Assembly (NCBI GenBank): GCA_964638035.1
Contig: CAZWXD010000011.1
Location: 24,875-88,874 of the forward strand
Reading direction: 5' to 3'
Length of the DNA: 64,000 bases
Source of the DNA: an uncultured Gemmatimonadaceae bacterium
GTDB taxonomy: Bacteria; Gemmatimonadota; Gemmatimonadetes; Gemmatimonadales; GWC2-71-9
Shown here: piece by piece, positions 8,974 through 18,462 of the stretch
Layout of the letters: each line of letters starts with the position of its first letter
Position numbering within the stretch: position 1 is the stretch's first letter
The notes under the pieces: model-generated
What the model saw: only the letters and a program-made list of their open reading frames with translations
Databases searched by the model: none
Told to the model about the DNA's origin: nothing
Translations under genes and position numbers: made by a program

Positions 8974-9480
8974 TCAGTAGCCGAGCGGGGCCGGAGTGGT
9001 GATGACCGGCCCCCGGAAGAAGTCGTAGGACGCCACCCGGTACACCCCATCATCCTCCTTCATGAACACCACGGTTTCCACGCCGAGCGTCTCGTTCATG
9101 AAATGCACGACCACCTGGAACGTGACCGCGTCGGCGGTGGACACCGGCCGGAGCAGGCGGGTGAAGGTCGTGCCCATGAGCTCGCGGCGCGTGATGGGTG
9201 AGATGGTGTCGCGCAGGCGGTAGAGGGTGGTGATCCACATGTTCCGGTCCTTGTCCTTCTTGAACAGGGCGGAACTCTGGTCCCAGGCTGCCTCGAAGGC
9301 CCGGGCGTCAATAAGCCCGATCCACTTGTCGTAGGCGTCGCCTGCCTCGCCGACCTCATGGCTCATCGTGGCCCGGCTCGCGGCGGACACGACCTGGGAT
9401 GGCAGGGGCGCGGTGGCGGTGCACAGGGCAAGGATGGCGACAGCCCCGGCAATGCACGGGCGGCGGGTGCGCGTTTCCAC
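8974..9480 (-). CDS. DUF4019-like secreted protein
   Basis: Internal GTG start (VETRTRRPCIAGAVAILALC signal). KWIGLIDARAFEAAWDQSSALFKK resembles DUF4019. The longer ORF to 9681 overlaps the divergent ldt gene region. Confidence 0.55.
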   Translation of the reverse strand: METRTRRPCIAGAVAILALCTATAPLPSQVVSAASRATMSHEVGEAGDAYDKWIGLIDARAFEAAWDQSSALFKKDKDRNMWITTLYRLRDTISPITRRELMGTTFTRLLRPVSTADAVTFQVVVHFMNETLGVETVVFMKEDDGVYRVASYDFFRGPVITTPAPLGY

Positions 9481-9551
9481 GGGGGCGCTCCGGAAGGGGA
9501 CCGCGTATACTAGCGCCCGGTTCGGGGCCCCCGCTTTCTTTAGCCCCTGTG

Positions 9552-11315
9552 ATGACACGACTGGCTCTACCCCGACTTCCTGCCGGGCAGCTCCTGACCG
9601 TCCTGGCCCTCGCGGCACCCCTCTCTGCCCAGGCGGTCCCCGACGTCGAGGCCTCCCCCGCAGTCGCGATGGAGGATGCACTCAAGGCCTCGATGGCAGC
9701 GAGGCGGCTCCCGGCCATGCGCTTCGGCGACATTTCAGACGTCCGGGCGGCGGCACGCGGACTCTATGAGGCCGGGGGCTGGACGCCCCTCTGGCTCGAC
9801 TCGGCGGGGATGCCCACTCCTGCCGCCAAGGCGTTGGTGGGACGACTGGGGGCCCTGGCGGCCCATGGCCTCGACCCCGACGACTACGATGCCGCGCTGC
9901 ACAAGCAGGTGCTGGCCCGTATCGAGGCCGGGACACCCTGGATGGGAACGGTGGCCCTGGCCGAGTTCGACACCCGCCTCACAGCCGATGGCCTGCGCTA
10001 CCTCGGCGCGATGCGCCACGGAAGGGTCCGGCTCCGGTGGAAGGATTCGCTCGCGATCGAGCGGTCATTCATGACCGTGCGTCGTGCGCCAACCGATAGC
10101 GTCGCCGAGCTGATCTCGGCGCTCCGGCTGGCCCAGGATCCGGGACGGGAGCTGCTCACCATCGAGGACCGTGGCCCATCCTACCGTGCGTTGCAGGCGG
10201 GGCTTGCCGACTACCGCGCACGCGCGGCGGACACCGCGGGACAGGTACCGCTGCGGCTGCCGACCCGCCTCGTGCCCGGCGCTCACTGGGACGGCATTGC
10301 TGCCTTGCGTGCACTGCTGCGCCGCACCGGCGACCTCATCGACACGCTGCCAGCGCCGTCGGCGGAGGCTGACACCACCTACTCACCGGAACTGGTGGCC
10401 GCGATCAAGCGCCTGCAGCGCCGCGAGGGCCTTGCGCCCGATGGCGTCATCGGCACGAAGACGGCGCAGCACCTGGCCAACCCATTCCGGACGCCGGTTC
10501 GCGCGCTGGTGCTGGCCCTGGAGCGGGCGCGCACCCTCCCCGACCCTCCCACGGACAGCGTGTACATCGAGGTGAACATCCCCGAGTTCCGGCTCCGGGT
10601 GCGGGATCCAATGCGCGACACAACCCTGTTCGGCATGAACGTGGTCGTGGGCGGAAAGGGCCGGAACGAGACGCCGGAACTCGCCAGCACGGTGGACATG
10701 ATCGTGTTCAGCCCCACCTGGCGCATCCCGCCCAGGATCCTGCGGGAGGACATCATCCCCAAGGTGCTGCAGGACACGAACTACCTGACCAAGCAGGGGA
10801 TGGAGCTGGTGCGGGACGGCAAGGTGGTCCAGGCCACCTTCGACAATGTGGCGCTCATCGGCGACTCGGTGGGGGTCCGGCAGCGTTCCGGCGGGGGCAA
10901 CTCCCTCGGCAAGGTCAAGTTCCTCTTCGCCAATTCGTACGGCGTGTACCTGCACGATACGCCGACCCGCTCCACCTTCCGCCGGGCCCAGCGGGCCGAG
11001 AGCCATGGCTGCGTTCGCCTGGAGGATGCGCCGTCCCTGGCGACCTGGCTCCTGCGGGACGACGGGACCTGGGACCAGCAGCGGCTCAGGGAGGCGATGA
11101 AGGCCCCGGAGCCGGTGGACGTGGACCTCACCGCGACCGTGCCCGTGCGGCTCGTGTACCAGACGGCGTCGCTCGGTCCTCATGGGACCGTCGAGTTCCA
11201 TCCCGACGTGTATGGGCGCGACCGGTACCTCGAGCAGGCGCTCGGGACTGGCTATCCCTTCCCATCCAGGGCCACGCCGTTGCAGCAACTGCAACGTGTG
11301 CGGAAAAACCACTGA
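9552..11315 (+). CDS. L,D-transpeptidase, YcbB/LdtD-like
   Basis: Signal peptide MTRLALPRLPAGQLLTVLALAAPLSAQA. PG-binding repeat LQRREGLAPDGVIGTKTAQHL. YkuD catalytic motif SHGCVRLED. Confidence 0.85.
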   Translation: MTRLALPRLPAGQLLTVLALAAPLSAQAVPDVEASPAVAMEDALKASMAARRLPAMRFGDISDVRAAARGLYEAGGWTPLWLDSAGMPTPAAKALVGRLGALAAHGLDPDDYDAALHKQVLARIEAGTPWMGTVALAEFDTRLTADGLRYLGAMRHGRVRLRWKDSLAIERSFMTVRRAPTDSVAELISALRLAQDPGRELLTIEDRGPSYRALQAGLADYRARAADTAGQVPLRLPTRLVPGAHWDGIAALRALLRRTGDLIDTLPAPSAEADTTYSPELVAAIKRLQRREGLAPDGVIGTKTAQHLANPFRTPVRALVLALERARTLPDPPTDSVYIEVNIPEFRLRVRDPMRDTTLFGMNVVVGGKGRNETPELASTVDMIVFSPTWRIPPRILREDIIPKVLQDTNYLTKQGMELVRDGKVVQATFDNVALIGDSVGVRQRSGGGNSLGKVKFLFANSYGVYLHDTPTRSTFRRAQRAESHGCVRLEDAPSLATWLLRDDGTWDQQRLREAMKAPEPVDVDLTATVPVRLVYQTASLGPHGTVEFHPDVYGRDRYLEQALGTGYPFPSRATPLQQLQRVRKNH

Positions 11316-11385
11316 CATTCCTTGCGCGATCGGGCCGCGGCCCGTTTCTTGTCTCCTGACTTCACCGTACCGGACCCGGGGACGC

Positions 11386-12321
11386 ATGATGTTGCAGGCA
11401 AGGCCGCGCGGCGCCCGAAGCGCCGCCCTTCTGGGGGGACTCGTTCTGCCAGCGCTTCTTGCGCTTGGCACGAGCGTGGCCATGGCGCAAGGGGACGCGG
11501 TACCGGAGCCGGAACCGGTGGAAGTCGCGCCGCGCACCGACCTGACCCACCTCCTCGGTGCGAGTGGGCGCGTGCGCCTGATTGCGGCCACCCCGGAACG
11601 CCTGGCCAGCGATTCGCTGCTGGCACGCGTGTTCGCGGAGCAGGGCATCACCGAGGCCGGGCTGCGGCCGGCGAGCCTGCAGGCGCCAGATGGCTCCCTC
11701 CTCACCCTGGCCCTGCTGATCCCGTTCGAGCAGAAGACCGGTGGGACACTGCAGGGGTACCGCGTGGGCTACTGGCCCAGTGAGAAGCGGGCCTCGGTGC
11801 ACACGGCGCTGCCGGTGGGCTTCATCGAGGTCAATGAGCTGACCCAGGATGCGCTGCTGTCACGGCACTTCCGCGCCCGGCAGTTCCTCACCAAGGACCA
11901 GTTCGACACCTGGCCCAAGTACCTGCTGGTGGACCCCAAGCTGCTGGACAAGCTGGAGCTCGTCATTGCCCAGCTGGAGGAAATGGGCCACTCGGCCGGG
12001 ATCAGGGTGCTGTCGGGCTTCCGCTCACCACAGTACAACCAGCGGGGCGTGTGCCGCCGCTGTCGGCGGGCGAAGGACAGCCGGCACATGTACGGGGACG
12101 CGGCCGACATCTTCATCGATGCCGACAGCAACGGGGTGATGGACGACCTGAACGGTGACGGGAAGGTGACGACCGAGGATGCGCGCTACCTGGCCCGGGT
12201 GGTGGAGCGGGTCGAGGCGGCGCACCCCGAACTGGTGGGCGGGCTCGGCATCTACCGCGCGCGCCGCGGGCATGGCCCCTTCATCCACGTGGACACGCGA
12301 GGGCACGTGGCGAGGTGGTAG
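11386..12321 (+). CDS. Peptidase M15A family (DUF882/YcbK/MepK-like) murein endopeptidase
   Basis: Signal peptide. SGFRSPQYN, HMYGDAADI and FIHVDTRG (zinc-ligand pattern of M15A). Lies directly downstream of the ycbB-like gene, as in E. coli. Confidence 0.8.
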   Translation: MMLQARPRGARSAALLGGLVLPALLALGTSVAMAQGDAVPEPEPVEVAPRTDLTHLLGASGRVRLIAATPERLASDSLLARVFAEQGITEAGLRPASLQAPDGSLLTLALLIPFEQKTGGTLQGYRVGYWPSEKRASVHTALPVGFIEVNELTQDALLSRHFRARQFLTKDQFDTWPKYLLVDPKLLDKLELVIAQLEEMGHSAGIRVLSGFRSPQYNQRGVCRRCRRAKDSRHMYGDAADIFIDADSNGVMDDLNGDGKVTTEDARYLARVVERVEAAHPELVGGLGIYRARRGHGPFIHVDTRGHVARW

Positions 12322-12325
12322 AAGA

Positions 12326-12480
12326 GGGCGTCAGGGCGTCAGGGCGTCAGGGCGTCAGGGCGTCAAGATGCCTGGAAAAACGTGCGGGGCGGTCCATCGG
12401 ACCGCCCCGCACTGTCATCCACCTTGACGTCCTGACGTCCTGACGTCCTGACGTCCTGACGCCTTGACGCCCTGACGCCT
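12326..12480. repeat. Inverted pair of tandem octamer arrays, family 2: (GGGCGTCA)x5 - 59-nt spacer - (TGACGYCY)x7
   Basis: Read directly. Left arm is 12326..12365 and right arm 12425..12480. The right unit is the reverse complement of the left, and its C-to-T variants still allow G-U pairing. The array fills the gap between two convergent stop codons. Confidence 0.9.
12382..12412. terminator. Perfect 14-bp hairpin at the centre of the octamer palindrome; likely bidirectional terminator
   Basis: GTGCGGGGCGGTCC - atc - GGACCGCCCCGCAC, between convergent genes. No clear U-tract. Confidence 0.6.
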
Positions 12481-14203
12481 ACTGCCGGCACTGCCCGTTC
12501 GGGTCGGGCTTCGGCTTGTCCACCACCGGCCGGTGGTCGGCGTTGGCCACGCCCAGCGCCACGGTGGACACGAAGGTGGCGATGCGCGCCATCTTCGGGA
12601 AGTTGATGTACTCGACCTCGTCGGTGGACTCGTGGTAGTCGCGGTGCACACCCGTGGTGAAGAACACGACCGGAATCCCCCAGCGCGCGTACATGTAGTG
12701 GTCGCTGCGGCAGTAGATGTTGGCCGGGTGGCCATTCTGGTCGAAGGTGTAGTCGAACTGGAAGCCGAAGTGTCCGTCGGTGTTCACCCTCTCGACCAGG
12801 TCACCCAGCTCGGTGGAGAGGCGGCGCGAACCCACCAGTTGCAGGTAGTCGGGACCACCCACGGTGCCCGGCTCACCCAGCACCATGTCGGTGGCATCGC
12901 CACGGCCCACCATGTCCATGTTGAGCTGCGCCACGATCGAGTCGCGCGGGACGGTGGGGTTGTCGGTGAAGTACTTCGAGCCCCAGAGGCCCTTTTCCTC
13001 GCCGGTGTGCCACACGAACAGCACCGAGCGCTTCGGCCGCACCTTCGACTGCTGCAGGGCCTGGGCGATCGCCAGCACGGTCACGGTGCCGGAGCCGTCG
13101 TCATCGGCACCGTTCCGGACCGAGTCGAGGCGCGGCTTCCGGGTCTTCCGCAGGCTGTCCAGGATGGCCTTGACCTTCACCATCTCCTCAGCGGTGGCGG
13201 TGCGCATCTCGCTTTCGGCGCCAGCCGGCCGCACGACCGTATTGAAGGCGCGCAGCGAATCGTGGTCCACCACGACCGACGACATGCCGACATGGTCGTT
13301 GTGCGCGCCGATGGCGACGTACTCGCCCTTGAGCTTCGGGTCGCTCCCCGGGATCATGCCGATGACATTCCGTGCCGGGAACGCCACCGGGCCGCTCACG
13401 GTCGAGATGTTCGCGTTCACCGGACGGCCCGCAGCGCCTGGCGACAGGGTGGCGGGGCTGGCACCCAGGACCTTCGTGGCGGCGCCCTCGGTCAGCATCA
13501 TGGCGAAGAGCTTTCCGCCGGTGCGGGCCTGCGGCTCGGCCGACTTGAGGGCCATCTGCGGCTTGCCCAGGAAGTCGAGCACCGGGGGCGGCACGTCCTC
13601 CAGCGCCACGATCGCGATTGCCGCGGCGTCGGCATAGCGCTTGTCGAGCGACCGCCAGAACTGCCACGTCGGCTGCCCGCCCGATCCCAGCGGCGGAAGG
13701 AGCACGACCACCTTGCCCTTCACCTGTTCGGCGGACACCGTCGAGACCGAATCGCCCAGCCGGCCGCCAAAGACCGATGGGATGTCCGTGCCGGTGAGCC
13801 CGGGCGCGAACCCGAGTTGGGGGATGCCGCCAAAGCTGATGTAGTCGGTGTTGAGGACCAGCGGTGCACCACCGGCTGCCAGCGTGGAGTTTCGGTCCAC
13901 GCCCCGCTCCACCAGGGGCACTTCCTGGAACCAGGTGCCGTTCTCGCCCGCCGGCTTCAGGCCGATCTTCTGCGCCTGTGCCGCAATCCACGCGGTGCCC
14001 TTGAAGTTGCCCCGGGTGCCGGCTTCCCGGCCCTCCATCGAATCGTGGGCAAAGGCGGTCAGCTCGGCCCGCATGGTCGCGGGCGACGCCGCCGGAAAGG
14101 GACCGGCCGGGCTGGGCTGGGACGGGGCGGGGGTGGTCGTGCCGCCGCCGCAGGCGGCCAGGGCGAGGCCCACCAGGACCGAACCCAGGTGACGATTGCT
14201 CAA
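12479..14203 (-). CDS. M28 family aminopeptidase lipoprotein
   Basis: TTG start with AGGAG 6 nt upstream. Lipobox LALAAC. AHNDHVG, GADDDGSG and HTGEEKGLWGS metal-ligand motifs. Confidence 0.85.
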   Translation of the reverse strand: MSNRHLGSVLVGLALAACGGGTTTPAPSQPSPAGPFPAASPATMRAELTAFAHDSMEGREAGTRGNFKGTAWIAAQAQKIGLKPAGENGTWFQEVPLVERGVDRNSTLAAGGAPLVLNTDYISFGGIPQLGFAPGLTGTDIPSVFGGRLGDSVSTVSAEQVKGKVVVLLPPLGSGGQPTWQFWRSLDKRYADAAAIAIVALEDVPPPVLDFLGKPQMALKSAEPQARTGGKLFAMMLTEGAATKVLGASPATLSPGAAGRPVNANISTVSGPVAFPARNVIGMIPGSDPKLKGEYVAIGAHNDHVGMSSVVVDHDSLRAFNTVVRPAGAESEMRTATAEEMVKVKAILDSLRKTRKPRLDSVRNGADDDGSGTVTVLAIAQALQQSKVRPKRSVLFVWHTGEEKGLWGSKYFTDNPTVPRDSIVAQLNMDMVGRGDATDMVLGEPGTVGGPDYLQLVGSRRLSTELGDLVERVNTDGHFGFQFDYTFDQNGHPANIYCRSDHYMYARWGIPVVFFTTGVHRDYHESTDEVEYINFPKMARIATFVSTVALGVANADHRPVVDKPKPDPNGQCRQ

Positions 14204-14373
14204 GTAGCTCTCCTGAGAGGGTGCATGACAGACATGGTGCCGCCCATACGACAGGAGGGGCAGAAAGTTCCCGGCTGGCGCAGCCCCTTGGGTACCAGCA
14301 GCCCGGCGCTAGATTTCCCCCGGCGAACCCGCCGTGCGCGTGGCGACTTCGGGATATCTTCAGGGGGTGGCTG

Positions 14374-15480
14374 ATGGTGATGGGCGGCGTGGCCGAACCG
14401 CGTGCGAGCTCTCCCGAGCGGGAGCGGGAAGATGCGAGCACTACCCTGCTGCGGCAGACGTTCGACCAGGTCAAGGACCTCATGACCCCACGGCGCGCCG
14501 TGTACTGGGCTGACCTGGGCTTGAGTGTGCTCCTGGGCTATGCCAGTTTCGCGGTCGCCGTCGCCTCGTCGTCGCCATGGCTGGCGGCGGCGGCCTTCGT
14601 GGTCGCGGTGCTCGCCCTCTATCGCGGCCTCTCGTTTGTGCATGAACTCACCCACCTGCGCTCCGGCGCCGTCCCGGGCTTCGATTGGGCGTGGAACGCC
14701 ACCATCGGCGTCCCGCTGCTGGTGCCATCGTTCATGTACGACGGCGTGCACCAATTGCACCACGCCAAGACCCGTTACGGCACGGCCGACGACCCCGAGT
14801 ACCTGCCGCTGGCCTGGCGATCGCCGGCATACCTCGTGTGGTTCATCATGTGCTCGGTGCTGGCGCCCGTGGTCGTCGTGGTGCGGTTCGGCATCCTGAC
14901 CCCCCTGTCGCTGGTGATTCCCGCCGTGCGGCGCTTCAACGTGGCGCAGGCCTCATCGCTCGTCATCAACCCGGGGTTCCGGCGGAAGCCCCCACGCCCG
15001 CAGGACCTGCCGCGTTGGTGGACGCTCGAGCTGCTGTGCTTTGCCTGGGTGTGGACCTTCATCGGCCTGGTAGTGTCCGGGGTGATTCCCCTGCGCGTCG
15101 CGCTCCTCGCGGTGGCGCTTGCCGCGGCGGTGGCGTTGTCCAACCAGGTGCGGACCCTGGCGGCGCACCTCTGGGACAACGAGCACGGCGAGGAGATGAC
15201 CATCGAGGAGCAGCTCCTCGACTCGGTGAACGTCCCGGGCTTCGCCCCGTGGGCGTCGCTCTGGGCGCCGGTGGGCCTCCGCTATCACGGGTTGCACCAC
15301 CTGCTCCCGGGCCTCCCCTACCACAACCTGGGGTCGGCGCACCGCCGGCTGGTGGGTGTGGTGCCGGGCGCGTCACCGTACCGGCGCACGCTCTACGACG
15401 GGCTGGTGCACGTGCTGGACATCCTGTTCCACAAGAGCGCCGCGCGGACGAAGGCCAGGAAGCGGCGGGCGCTCGTCTGA
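14374..15480 (+). CDS. Membrane fatty acid desaturase family protein
   Basis: His boxes HELTHL, HQLHH, HGLHHLL; several TM helices. Start trimmed to ATG 14374; the longest ORF begins at 14221. Confidence 0.8.
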   Translation: MVMGGVAEPRASSPEREREDASTTLLRQTFDQVKDLMTPRRAVYWADLGLSVLLGYASFAVAVASSSPWLAAAAFVVAVLALYRGLSFVHELTHLRSGAVPGFDWAWNATIGVPLLVPSFMYDGVHQLHHAKTRYGTADDPEYLPLAWRSPAYLVWFIMCSVLAPVVVVVRFGILTPLSLVIPAVRRFNVAQASSLVINPGFRRKPPRPQDLPRWWTLELLCFAWVWTFIGLVVSGVIPLRVALLAVALAAAVALSNQVRTLAAHLWDNEHGEEMTIEEQLLDSVNVPGFAPWASLWAPVGLRYHGLHHLLPGLPYHNLGSAHRRLVGVVPGASPYRRTLYDGLVHVLDILFHKSAARTKARKRRALV

Positions 15481-15484
15481 CCGC

Positions 15485-16114
15485 ATGAACATTGGCGTGA
15501 TTGGCGCCGGCAACGTGGGCGGTGCCCTCGGCGGGCTGTGGGCCGCGCGGGGGCACCGCGTGCGTTTTGCCCGACGGCGCGCGGCGGCGGGCGTGCCGGC
15601 CGGAGCGTTGTCGGGCGACGTGGCGGTGACCGACGTGCCGGCGGCCGTGCAGTTCGGGGATGCCGTCCTGCTGGCGACGCCGTGGGACGTCACCGAGGAG
15701 GTGCTCCGTGCCGCCGGTGACTTCGGCGGCCGCGTCCTCATCGATGCCACCAACCCGATCGTGCCCGGCCTCCAGCTCGCCGTGGGGCTCACCGGATCGG
15801 GCGGTGAGCTGGTCGCGGGATGGGCCCGTGGCGCGCGGGTGGTGAAGTGCTTCAATACCCTCGGGGCCAACGCCTTCGCGCGGCCGGGCACGGGCCCCGA
15901 CCAGGCCAGCCTCTTCTTTTGCGGCGATGATCCCGATGCCAAGGCCACGGTGCGTGGGCTGGGCGCGGAACTGGGCTTCGACATGGTGGACTGCGGGCCA
16001 CTGGCTGCGGCAAGGTTCACCGAACCGCTTGCCATGCTGTGGATCTCCCTCTCGATGCAACCCGGCATCGGGCGCGAGATCGCCTTCCGGCTCCTGCGCC
16101 GCGCTGGGGAATAG
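15485..16114 (+). CDS. NAD(P)-binding oxidoreductase (F420-dependent NADP reductase/ProC-like family)
   Basis: MNIGVIGAGNVGGALGG Rossmann motif; 209 aa. ATG lies 4 nt after the desaturase stop. Confidence 0.75.
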   Translation: MNIGVIGAGNVGGALGGLWAARGHRVRFARRRAAAGVPAGALSGDVAVTDVPAAVQFGDAVLLATPWDVTEEVLRAAGDFGGRVLIDATNPIVPGLQLAVGLTGSGGELVAGWARGARVVKCFNTLGANAFARPGTGPDQASLFFCGDDPDAKATVRGLGAELGFDMVDCGPLAAARFTEPLAMLWISLSMQPGIGREIAFRLLRRAGE

Positions 16115-16167
16115 CTCGACCTGTTCCAGCGCTTGATCCTCCGGGCCCACCGGGCCACCCTTCTCCC

Positions 16168-18462
16168 ATGAAGCTTGTCCCATCCCTTGCGCTCGTGGCG
16201 CTTTCGCTGGCGCCATCCACCGCCGCACTCCCGACCGGGCAGCCACGGCCGACCGCAGCGCGCCTGGACTCCGCCGTCACGGCAGCGCGGGAGGCGCTGG
16301 GCGCGGGGCGGCCGTGGCGTGCCACCCGCCTGCTGGTGCCGCTCCTGCGCGACTCGGCGCTGCGCACCCCCGAGGTGGAGTACCTGGCGGCGCGTGCCGC
16401 GGTGGGATGGCAGGGCTGGCGTGAAACGACGCGGCTCCTGGGCAGTGCTGGCTGGCTCGACACCGCCTTCGCGGGGGAGGGCCACGAGCTGCTGGCCCGG
16501 GCGTGGCTCGGCCTCGGGAAGGACAGCAATGCCGTGCGCAGCGCGCGGCGGGCGGTGGACCAGGCTTCCTCTGATTCCGCGCGAGGCGCGCGCCTGGTGC
16601 TCCTGGGCCTGGCGTCGGAAGGTGCCGGCGACTGGGCGGGAGCGCTGGCGGCATGGACCGCCGCGCGCCCCCTCCTTCCCTCGATTGGCGACTGGCTTGC
16701 AGTGCGAGCGATTGCGGTGACGCCGGACTCGGCGGGCCGCGCGGCCCTTTCCGCAACCATCCTCGATTCGCTTCCGCGATCGCGCTGGCCAGTGGCCGAC
16801 GCCACGGGCTTCCTGCGCGCCGGGGACAGTGCGGGGGCCATCATGCGGTTTGCCTCGGCGGGCAGCTCGATCCGTGCCTTGCAGCTACGCCATGCAATGG
16901 CCGATTCGGCGGGGCGCGCCGGGCTCCGGAACGAGCTCGTGGCCTTCATCGAGGACCGGAGCGGCACGTCGGCGGCACGTTCCGCCGTGAACCTGCTGGA
17001 CAGCCTGGGCCTTCCGCTCACGCTGGCGGAGCACCTCACCATTGCGCGAAGCGCCACCAGGTCGGGCCCCCTGGCTCGTGCGAGCAAGGCCTATGGTGCT
17101 GCATTCGCGATCCGGGAACCGACCGCCGAGCAGCGGTATGCGCTGGCGGAGGTGTACTTCCGCCAGGGACGCTACGACGAGGCGATTGCCCAGTACCGGA
17201 AGGTGCGCACACCCGCCGGCCTGGCGGCCGCCGCGTCGTATCGTGCGGCACGCGCCATGGTGCGTGACGGCCGAGCGGGTGAGGGGCGCACGGTGCTGGG
17301 GCAGATCGTGAAGAAGTGGCCCAGGGACTCCTCGGCGGCACAGGCGCTGTACCTCCTGGCCGACCTCTCGACCGACGATCGCCACGATGGTGAGGCGCGG
17401 AGGTACTACGCCCGTATCGTGCGGGAACACCCGAAGAGCCGCCTCGCCGCGCCCGCGGCCTTCCGCGCCGGACTGATCGCGTTCGCGGACGGGCGGCTCG
17501 AGGTGGCCGGGACGGAGCTGGACGAACTCGACAAGCGCTACCCGAACCACAACGAGGCGACGGCCGCAGTGTACTGGGCGGGGCGGGCCTGGGGCGCGGC
17601 AGGTGACGAGGCGCGCGCGCGGGAGCGATGGAGCGAGGTCATCGCACGGGACTCGGCGTCGTACTACGCGGACCTGAGTGCCCGGCGCCTTGGCCTGGCG
17701 GGGTGGGCCCCCGCGGTCGCGCCCGACACCTTTGTCGCGGTTCCCGAGCTGGACCGTGGGGTGGCGCGTGCCGCGCTGCTGGCGCACCTCATGCTGGACG
17801 ACGAGGCCCGGGCGGAGCGTGCGCGGGTGGGGCGCCTGGCGCGGGGGTCAGCGGAGCAACTGCTGGCGGCCGCACACCTCCTGCAGCAGCAGGGCTACCC
17901 ATCGGAGGCGATCACGCTGGCACGACGGGCCCAGTCCGCAGGTGCCGCCCGTGATGCGCGACTCTACCGGTTGCTCTACCCGCTGGGCTTCCCGCTGGCG
18001 CTGATGGGAGAGTCGGAACGGAATGGCGTGGACCCGACGCTGGTGGCGGCACTCATCCGGCAGGAGTCGCTCTTCAACCCGGCGGCGACCTCGTCAGCGG
18101 GCGCGCGCGGGCTGATGCAGGTGATGCCCGACCTGGGCCGGCGGGTGGCGCGGGGGCTGGGCTACGAGGGATGGGACCCGGTCCTGCTCTGGGAAGGGGA
18201 TGCCAACCTGGAAATCGGCACCACGCACCTCAAGGAACTGGTGGATGCCCAGGGCAACCTCGTGGAGGTGCTGGCAGCGTACAACGCGGGGGCGCACCGC
18301 GTCGCGCGGTGGCGGACCCGGCTTGGCGCGGACGACCAGGAATTGTTCGCGGAGCGGATCCCGTTCGTGGAGACGCGGGACTACGTGCGGATCATCCAGC
18401 GAAATCAGGCGTTGTACCGTGCGCTGTACCCCGCCGTCGCCTCCCCCGTACAGGGAGGCTAG
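16168..18462 (+). CDS. slt: Soluble lytic murein transglycosylase (Slt70-like)
   Basis: Signal peptide MKLVPSLALVALSLAPS. Long alpha-superhelical/TPR-like region. C-terminal SLT domain LIRQESLFNPAATSSAGARGLMQVMP. Confidence 0.85.
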   Translation: MKLVPSLALVALSLAPSTAALPTGQPRPTAARLDSAVTAAREALGAGRPWRATRLLVPLLRDSALRTPEVEYLAARAAVGWQGWRETTRLLGSAGWLDTAFAGEGHELLARAWLGLGKDSNAVRSARRAVDQASSDSARGARLVLLGLASEGAGDWAGALAAWTAARPLLPSIGDWLAVRAIAVTPDSAGRAALSATILDSLPRSRWPVADATGFLRAGDSAGAIMRFASAGSSIRALQLRHAMADSAGRAGLRNELVAFIEDRSGTSAARSAVNLLDSLGLPLTLAEHLTIARSATRSGPLARASKAYGAAFAIREPTAEQRYALAEVYFRQGRYDEAIAQYRKVRTPAGLAAAASYRAARAMVRDGRAGEGRTVLGQIVKKWPRDSSAAQALYLLADLSTDDRHDGEARRYYARIVREHPKSRLAAPAAFRAGLIAFADGRLEVAGTELDELDKRYPNHNEATAAVYWAGRAWGAAGDEARARERWSEVIARDSASYYADLSARRLGLAGWAPAVAPDTFVAVPELDRGVARAALLAHLMLDDEARAERARVGRLARGSAEQLLAAAHLLQQQGYPSEAITLARRAQSAGAARDARLYRLLYPLGFPLALMGESERNGVDPTLVAALIRQESLFNPAATSSAGARGLMQVMPDLGRRVARGLGYEGWDPVLLWEGDANLEIGTTHLKELVDAQGNLVEVLAAYNAGAHRVARWRTRLGADDQELFAERIPFVETRDYVRIIQRNQALYRALYPAVASPVQGG

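Noticed and set aside
9399-11315. Longest-ORF starts for several genes: 9399, 11182, 14221, 15356, 16039, 23373, 33066, 33500, 34916, 35967, 49562, 51469 and 61430.
   Set aside because: The upstream extensions overlap the preceding gene or a divergent promoter region and translate to Arg/Pro/Gly-rich strings. Internal starts give signal peptides, Shine-Dalgarno sequences or ATGA coupling and normal family lengths.
12326-12480. The octamer arrays as a CRISPR array or as coding repeats (ORF 12415..12735 translates them as ...SGRQ... repeats).
   Set aside because: The units are 8 nt and contiguous, with no spacers, and no cas genes are present. The ORF across them is antisense to the M28 gene end and consists of translated repeat only.
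14276-14291. sigma54-like TGGCGC-agccc-CTTGG upstream of the desaturase gene. A TGGCGT element at about 29069 was rejected on the same grounds.
   Set aside because: The GC of the -12 box is not at GG+10 spacing (TG/AC instead), so it fails the core requirement.
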